DNA of 64,000 nt. It comes from Hyphomonas sp. 34-62-18 (GTDB taxonomy: Bacteria; Pseudomonadota; Alphaproteobacteria; Caulobacterales; Hyphomonadaceae). The notes under the pieces were generated by a model. It made no database searches, was not told the origin of the DNA, and worked only from the letters and a program-made list of their open reading frames with translations. Location of the stretch: assembly GCA_002282565.1 (NCBI GenBank), contig NCJT01000003.1:10592-74591 (forward strand). Direction: 5' to 3'. This document shows positions 58,565-64,000 of the stretch, piece by piece (the first letter of the stretch is position 1; each line of letters begins with the position of its first letter). A program made the translations under genes and the position numbers.

Positions 58565-59389
58565 CTAAACCGCGGGCACCTGCGGGCTGAGGCGCCCGCC
58601 CATGCGGATCGGCTCCACGCGCAGGGCGAGGCCTGTGCGGTCATCCGTTTCCACAAAGGTTCCGCACAGCGTGCCCTCGCCAAGGGCGGGCTGATACCGC
58701 TCTCCGGGCAGCTGCGTGGTGAAGCGGTATAGCGACATTTCCTTCTGCATACCGATCACCGAATCATAATCCCCGCACATGCCGGCATCGGTGTGATAGG
58801 CGGTGCCGCCATTGAGGATCATTGTGTCGGCCGTGGGCACATGCGTATGGCTGCCCACCACAAGGCTTGCGCGGCCATCACAGTGATGGCCCATCGCCAT
58901 CTTCTCGCTGGTCGCCTCGCAATGCATGTCCACGATCACAGCATCAGCCACCGTGCCCAGCGGCATCTGGTCGAGCGCCGCATCGGCGGCGGCAAAGGGG
59001 CAGGCCAGCGCCTGGCGCATGAAGACATTCCCCTGCAGCTGCACAACGCCCACCCGGCGCCCATCGGGCAACATGTAGAGCGCGGCCCCCTTCCCCGGCG
59101 CGCCGGCACCGGCGGGATAGTTTGCCGGGCGCAGCAGGCGCGGCTCCCGCTCGATATAGGTGAGCGCCTCGCGCTGGTCCCAGGCATGGTCGCCCAGCGT
59201 CAGACAGTCCGCGCCCGCGCCGAAAAATTCCTCCGCAATCTGACGGGTGAGGCCAAAGCCCCCAGCGGCGTTCTCGCCATTGACCACGACGAAATCGAGC
59301 CCCAGCCGCGCCCGCAGCTCTGGCAGATAGTCCAGCACCGCCGCCCGGCCGGGCTTGCCGACCACATCTCCGAAAAAGGCCAGTTTCAT
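58565..59389 (-). CDS. YmdB-like metallophosphoesterase (TIGR00282 family)
   Basis: MKLAFFGDVVGKPGR, VVVNGENAAGG, GDHAWD and GSHTHVPT motifs. Confidence 0.85.
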   Translation of the reverse strand: MKLAFFGDVVGKPGRAAVLDYLPELRARLGLDFVVVNGENAAGGFGLTRQIAEEFFGAGADCLTLGDHAWDQREALTYIEREPRLLRPANYPAGAGAPGKGAALYMLPDGRRVGVVQLQGNVFMRQALACPFAAADAALDQMPLGTVADAVIVDMHCEATSEKMAMGHHCDGRASLVVGSHTHVPTADTMILNGGTAYHTDAGMCGDYDSVIGMQKEMSLYRFTTQLPGERYQPALGEGTLCGTFVETDDRTGLALRVEPIRMGGRLSPQVPAV

Positions 59390-59485
59390 GCGCTCAAGCC
59401 TATGACTCCATTATCCCTCAAAGAAAAGGGCGCGGCAGCCATTCCGCCCCGCGCCCCTTCCGTAAATGCCGCTTCCGGCAATGGC

Positions 59486-61231
59486 TTACTTGTTGCCAGC
59501 CGCGAAGCCGAGCTTCGTCTTGTCCAGCTTCTTCTCCGGATCGGTCGGGTTGGAAGCCGCATCCATGAAGGTCTGCGCGGTCACCGGCGTTTGCGGCGTC
59601 ATGCTGATCGTCAGGGTCTTGGGATCCTGAACGAAGCTGGAAATCGCGGTGGCAAGCTCTGTGATAACGGCCACATCAATGCCGGTGCCCGAAGCGGCCA
59701 TCGGCGCCATCGCCATCATGCCGGAAACCTGCGCGCGCAGATTGGCCGGATCTTCGCCCGATTGGGCCGCATAGGCGTTGAGGGCCCGGTTGAAGAAACC
59801 ACTGTCGGCAAACGAGATTTCAAACTGGTGGAAGGCCAGCTTGTTCATCATCGCCTCCACCATGGCGTCGGGATTGGCTTCCAGCTGGGCCGCCGTGGAA
59901 GCAGCTGCGATTTCCTTGGAGCCTTCATACTTGGCCGAAACGTCCAGCTTGAAGCCGTCACTAAGCTGCCAGTAGTTCTTGCCCTTCGGCAGGGTCACGA
60001 TGTCCGCATCCGGATCATAAAGTTGCTCGCCCGCCGCTGTCAGGGTCAGCGTCTCATAGCCAAGGGTTGCCAGGGCTCCGGCAAATTGCTCGCCATCGGG
60101 ATTGTCGCGGGCAGCCACCGTCATCGTGAACGGGTCGGTGGTGATCTTGGTAGCCCGGCCCTGGGCGTCGCGGCCCACATAGGAATTGAACGAAGCCAGG
60201 TCGACGCTGGCGCCGATGATGTCGGCCTTCAGGCCCTTCATCACGGCTGCATCAAAGCCCGGATTGCCCGGATCAGACTGCATCGCTTCGGTCATGGCCG
60301 TGGGGTCGCCCGAGCTGTTGGCAGCTGCAGCGATCAGGCCATAGTCGAGACCGGCAAGGCCAAATCCATCCAGTTTGATATTGACGTCGCCGGAGGTTTC
60401 CTCCGTGAACTGGAAGTTCAGGTTCGACAGGCCGACCTTGCCCGCCTTCTCTTCCTTCAGCCCGTCGATGTAGAACGAGCCAAGGTCAAAACCGCCGGTG
60501 CCGCTCGCATCGCTGATGTCGAGATCGACGTTCTTGATCGCCCAGCGGTCAAAGGACAGCGCTGTGCCTTCCGGGAAATCGGCCGGTTCGCCCTGCCCGA
60601 AGAGGCTCGCCACCCAGGCTGCCGTCTCCGGCGACGGGTTGATCAGTTCGATCGTGCCGACAGAGCCCTTGCTCTGGTCTTCAGATCCCTCAACCGGGGT
60701 CACGCTGATATCGGAGAGGCGCATCAGCGAGAAATTCGCCGCGCCATTGACCATGCCGAGGCCATCGAATTCGAGCTTGGCCGCTTTCACAACCGGTGGC
60801 GGGCCGGCTGGCTCGGTCGCATTCATGCTGGCGCTGTAGTCTTCCAGCGTCATTTCCGAACCGTCATCGGCGATGCCATCGCCGTCATAGTCCATATAGG
60901 AGAAGAGTTCCGCAATCTCCTCGTCGGTGTAGAGCGGCTCGGACGAGCCGGTATCCTGAGGGATCGACAGGATCACATTGGTGAAGACCGCCTTGTCGCC
61001 ATCAATGTCCTTGCTGTCAAAAGACAGCCTCCCGGAACCGGACTCAGCCAGCGAAAATGCCGCGAGAGCCTGAGAAGCGGTAGCTGCATCCCCATTCCGG
61101 AGTGAGACATCTGCCAGTTTGGCGACATCGAATTCAACTGCCGAGAGAGCAGCCTCACCACTCGGCTTGTCTTTCTGCCCACATGCCGTAAGCAAAGTTA
61201 TAGCGATCACGCCGGTGAGCAAATACTTCAT
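59486..61231 (-). CDS. Large lipoprotein, hypothetical
   Basis: ORF trimmed to MKYLLTGVIAITLLTACGQ (lipobox). 581 aa. DYDGDGIADDG calcium-loop-like motif. No family recognised. Confidence 0.6.
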   Translation of the reverse strand: MKYLLTGVIAITLLTACGQKDKPSGEAALSAVEFDVAKLADVSLRNGDAATASQALAAFSLAESGSGRLSFDSKDIDGDKAVFTNVILSIPQDTGSSEPLYTDEEIAELFSYMDYDGDGIADDGSEMTLEDYSASMNATEPAGPPPVVKAAKLEFDGLGMVNGAANFSLMRLSDISVTPVEGSEDQSKGSVGTIELINPSPETAAWVASLFGQGEPADFPEGTALSFDRWAIKNVDLDISDASGTGGFDLGSFYIDGLKEEKAGKVGLSNLNFQFTEETSGDVNIKLDGFGLAGLDYGLIAAAANSSGDPTAMTEAMQSDPGNPGFDAAVMKGLKADIIGASVDLASFNSYVGRDAQGRATKITTDPFTMTVAARDNPDGEQFAGALATLGYETLTLTAAGEQLYDPDADIVTLPKGKNYWQLSDGFKLDVSAKYEGSKEIAAASTAAQLEANPDAMVEAMMNKLAFHQFEISFADSGFFNRALNAYAAQSGEDPANLRAQVSGMMAMAPMAASGTGIDVAVITELATAISSFVQDPKTLTISMTPQTPVTAQTFMDAASNPTDPEKKLDKTKLGFAAGNK

Positions 61232-61298
61232 AAGGTGTCCCTCTGATTTCGGTTGGGGGTGCGGTGTGGCCGCTCTGTTTAGTGCGGATTCTTTACAC

Positions 61299-62018
61299 AT
61301 GCTCTACAACAATGGCCAGACCATGACATTGAAGGCACCCGGCGGACACCGGGTGAAAGTACGCCTTGAGGTCAATGCAAAGGCCAGGCGGCTGATTATC
61401 CGGCTGGATGAACGCCGCCGGGAAGCGGTGGCGATTGCCCCCAGCCCGCGCCAGATGGAGGCCGCCGTCGCCTTCGCGGCCGAACGGGTGGACTGGATTT
61501 CCTCAAGACTTCAACACCTTCCGGAGATTGTCCGGTTTGAACATGGCGCCATCTTCAACTATAAGGGGCAGCCCTGTCAGATTTCGGGAGAAGGCGATGG
61601 CCGGCTGGCTAAACTCTCCGCCGGCGATCCAAAAATCCTTTATGTTCCGGGAGATCCGGAAACCATTCACATGCGGGTGGAACGCTTCCTGAAGAAGCAG
61701 GCGCGGGCTGAGCTGACGCGCGCCGTCAAACGCCATACTGATGCGCTGGGCGTTGAATATAAAGGAATTTCCGTCAAAGACACCCGCTCACGTTGGGGCT
61801 CCTGCACGTCTGACGGGCAGTTGTCCTTCTCCTGGCGCCTGATCATGGCTCCGCCCGAGGTGCTTGATTATGTGGCCGCGCACGAATGCGCCCACCTGAA
61901 GGAGATGAACCATTCGAACAAATTCTGGTCTTTGGTGGCAAAATGCTGCCCGGACTGGAAGCGCCACCGGGCCTGGCTGCGCGTTCATGGGGCAGAACTC
62001 CAGGCCGCTGGTGAATAA
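61299..62018 (+). CDS. M48/YgjP-like (DUF45) metallopeptidase
   Basis: RWGSCTSDGQLSFSWRLIMAPPEVLDYVAAHECAHLKEMNHS (HExxH). Start at 61299 or 61323. Confidence 0.8.
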   Translation: MLYNNGQTMTLKAPGGHRVKVRLEVNAKARRLIIRLDERRREAVAIAPSPRQMEAAVAFAAERVDWISSRLQHLPEIVRFEHGAIFNYKGQPCQISGEGDGRLAKLSAGDPKILYVPGDPETIHMRVERFLKKQARAELTRAVKRHTDALGVEYKGISVKDTRSRWGSCTSDGQLSFSWRLIMAPPEVLDYVAAHECAHLKEMNHSNKFWSLVAKCCPDWKRHRAWLRVHGAELQAAGE

Positions 62019-62060
62019 TCCGTGTCAAGACGGATTTTCTGCAGAATCCCGAAATAAATT

Positions 62061-62079
62061 TTCTCCCCAAAAGGGAGAA
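62061..62079 (-). terminator. Candidate terminator hairpin TTCTCCC-CAAAA-GGGAGAA
   Basis: 7-bp stem. On the minus strand it is followed by AATTTATTT. Lies between convergent genes. Confidence 0.35.
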
Positions 62080-62139
62080 TACCGATTCCGGACCGAAGGC
62101 CGCAACCGCCGCCTGAGTTTCTTGGTCTAAATTGAATAC

Positions 62140-62685
62140 TCAGGTATCAAATCCAGATTTGGACTCAGGAAGGGAGAATTCAAACCCGATGGCGCGGGCG
62201 CCATAGGCCCCCTCGCGGTAGCGTTCGATATTCTCTTTGAACCAGTCCTGGATGTGCTCGAAGATGTGCGCGTTGAACGGCCGGGCGTCTTCCTCGCTGA
62301 TCGGCAGGCGGAACTCATATTCGGCGCCTTCCTCGATATGCACGATGAAACTGTCGCCTGCCTTGCGGCAGTGAAGCGCCAGGCGGAGCCAGTCCTGCGA
62401 CCGGGTCACCCTCACAGCCAGGCCGAACGAGACCGGCCCAAGCGGGCGAAAGCCGCGCGGCGGGATGGAGAAAGCCTGATCCCCATAGGACCGGGGCTCA
62501 AATGGCCCGGCCGGCGGCACCAGATGCACGCACACCCCATCACTGGCGCCCAGATAATCGCACAGACCCGAGCGGACCTCTTCAGCGAGGCGCCGGATCC
62601 GGTTGTAGTTCTCTTCGGCGAGGGATTGATAAACCTCAACCGTGGCAACAAGGTCGTCGAAGCGGGACATGGGCAATGGCCTCAT
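62140..62685 (-). CDS. Hypothetical cytoplasmic protein
   Basis: 181-aa ORF (or start at MSRFDD, 62670). No TM and no recognised motif. Lies downstream of motA on the same strand. Confidence 0.45.
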   Translation of the reverse strand: MRPLPMSRFDDLVATVEVYQSLAEENYNRIRRLAEEVRSGLCDYLGASDGVCVHLVPPAGPFEPRSYGDQAFSIPPRGFRPLGPVSFGLAVRVTRSQDWLRLALHCRKAGDSFIVHIEEGAEYEFRLPISEEDARPFNAHIFEHIQDWFKENIERYREGAYGARAIGFEFSLPESKSGFDT

Positions 62686-62741
62686 TCTGAAATGCGGATC
62701 GGGTCTCGGAGAAGCCTAGCCTCTATGTCCGTTGGCGCCAA

Positions 62742-63620
62742 TCAGGCAGCTGGTCTGCGCGTCCCCGCCAGCGGGGTAACCGGCGTCCCGCTCATCCCGG
62801 CCATATCCGGCTGAAGCGCCAGAGGCAGCGTCGTGCGCGCCATCTCGATGGCGAGGGAGGGCGCCGCCCCTTCCCCAAAGCTGCGGATGAGCACCCGGAT
62901 TGTTTCAAGAAAGATCGCCTCTTCCTCGACAATCTGGCCATAGCGCGCCGCGATTGGCCCGACGAGCCCATAGGCGAGAAACACACCGAGGAACGTGCCG
63001 AGCAGCGCCGCCCCGATCATCGCGCCAAGGATCGCCGGTTCCTGATCAATTGCGCCCATCGTGCGGATGATTCCAAGAACCGCCGCGACAATCCCCAGCG
63101 CCGGCAGCGCGTCCGCCAGCGTCTGCAGCGCGCCGACCGCCTTGGCGCGCAGCGCCATATGCCCATCGATCGCTTCCATCATCCGCTGATCCGCCCGCTG
63201 AGGATCGGAGAGATCGAGCGCCATCAGCCGGAAAGCGTCGCAGATCAGCGTCCGGGCTGGCGCGTCTTCCAGAATGCGCGGCGCCGCGCGGAAAAGCGCC
63301 GACTCCTCCGGCATCTCGATGTCAGCCTCGATGGCCACGAAGCCCCGGCGCTTGACGGCGCGCATCAGGCTGCCGGTCAACGTGAAGAGATCAGCATAGT
63401 CCGCCTTCTTCCACCGCGCGCCCTTGAAGGCCCGGGCAAAGCCCCCCAGCGCCTCACGCGCCACGGAAGGCGAGTTTGCCAGCATCACCGTGCCGATGGC
63501 CGCCCCGCCGATCAGCGCCAGCTCGAATGGCAGTGCGTGCATCGCCGCAGGCCCGCCCGTCAGCGCCAGGCCGCCTCCCACAAGGAGCAGCACAATGACA
63601 AGACCGGCAAGTTGGAGCAC
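62742..63620 (-). CDS. motA: Flagellar stator protein MotA
   Basis: 292 aa, collinear with E. coli MotA. ALPALGIVAAVLGIIRTMG and LLGTFLGVFLAYGLVGPIA channel helices. Confidence 0.85.
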   Translation of the reverse strand: MLQLAGLVIVLLLVGGGLALTGGPAAMHALPFELALIGGAAIGTVMLANSPSVAREALGGFARAFKGARWKKADYADLFTLTGSLMRAVKRRGFVAIEADIEMPEESALFRAAPRILEDAPARTLICDAFRLMALDLSDPQRADQRMMEAIDGHMALRAKAVGALQTLADALPALGIVAAVLGIIRTMGAIDQEPAILGAMIGAALLGTFLGVFLAYGLVGPIAARYGQIVEEEAIFLETIRVLIRSFGEGAAPSLAIEMARTTLPLALQPDMAGMSGTPVTPLAGTRRPAA

Positions 63621-63756
63621 CGCGCGTCATTTCCCTTTCAAGACTCAGAAGCTGAGCCTACCCTTCATGCCCGGCGCGTCTTAAAGCCACGTTCACACGG
63701 GGCACATTCAGGCGCACCGCACTCGGCAAAATCCGTGGGGAGCGGAAAACAAATCC

Positions 63757-64000
63757 ATGCCAGGCACAAATGACCGGCTGCCCGATCAGTCCCGCCCGGA
63801 TCGCCGGGGCGCCTTCATTCTTCTTTTCTTCGCGCTCATGGCCATTGGGGCCGGCAACACGATGCTGCTGGCCGCCGTACTGCCCCAGCTGACACGCGAA
63901 ATGGAAATGCCGGATTGGATGGCCGGCGCGGTGTTTTCACTCTCCGCTCTGCTGTGGTCGCTCACCTCCCCCTTCTGGGGCAAGCGCTCCAATATCTGGG
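63757..64000 (+). CDS. MFS transporter, N-terminal part (runs off the window)
   Basis: Open frame from the ATG at 63757: MPGTNDRLPDQSRPDRRGAFILLFFALMAIGAGNTMLLAAVLPQL..AGAVFSLSALLWSLTSPFWGKRSNIW, typical of TM1-TM2 of an MFS transporter. Confidence 0.65.
   Translation, partial: MPGTNDRLPDQSRPDRRGAFILLFFALMAIGAGNTMLLAAVLPQLTREMEMPDWMAGAVFSLSALLWSLTSPFWGKRSNIW

Noticed and set aside
58793-61105. 770-aa ORF antisense to ymdB and the large lipoprotein gene
   Set aside because: It spans two independently supported minus-strand genes and their intergenic region. It has an Arg/Gly/Ala-rich artefact composition.

Overview
High-GC chromosomal segment. Hand counts give 36-37 G+C per 60 nt in core genes. 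It is most likely from an alphaproteobacterium, based on a SAM-II riboswitch upstream of metA, an RpoE-ChrR pair, IalB, hrcA-grpE, and a solitary motA. I call about 75 protein genes, mostly housekeeping: mutM, metA, dcp, ptsN-hpf, pspF plus pspABC, mnmC, xerC, hemW-rdgB, rph, fhs, hrcA-grpE, dnaK, pip, rpoE-chrR, rlmN, thiC and motA. There are two riboswitches (SAM-II, TPP), a sigma-54 promoter for pspA and a sigma-32-type promoter for dnaK. I saw no rRNA, tRNA, CRISPR array, transposase, phage integrase or prophage gene. Many long ORFs in the track are antisense or out-of-frame artefacts of the high GC content. Two compositionally deviant insertions are the best candidates for something new. 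(1) A roughly 1.1 kb low-GC island between thiC and ykgJ carries a single stand-alone SIR2-like (putative NADase) gene with no recognisable partner. (2) A roughly 2 kb block lies on the opposite strand between rdgB and rph. It encodes a DUF2975 membrane protein with a YozG-type HTH. It also encodes a SatD-like protein (nucleotidyl-cyclase-like domain fused to an HTH) translationally coupled to a small 4-TM protein. The SatD module carries a duplicated 48-bp cassette of ATCAAT-N8-ATTGAT palindromes and a predicted leaderless promoter. Other notable points: metA lacks a conserved 17-aa segment in frame although its riboswitch is intact. The alternative oxidase gene is broken by an internal deletion and frameshift. 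The psp operon holds extra small ORFs. ChrR lacks the zinc anti-sigma motif. hpf-ptsN has no rpoN, and a family of GGGAGAGG-type palindromes is present. All family assignments come from motif recognition by eye and need HMM or BLAST confirmation.
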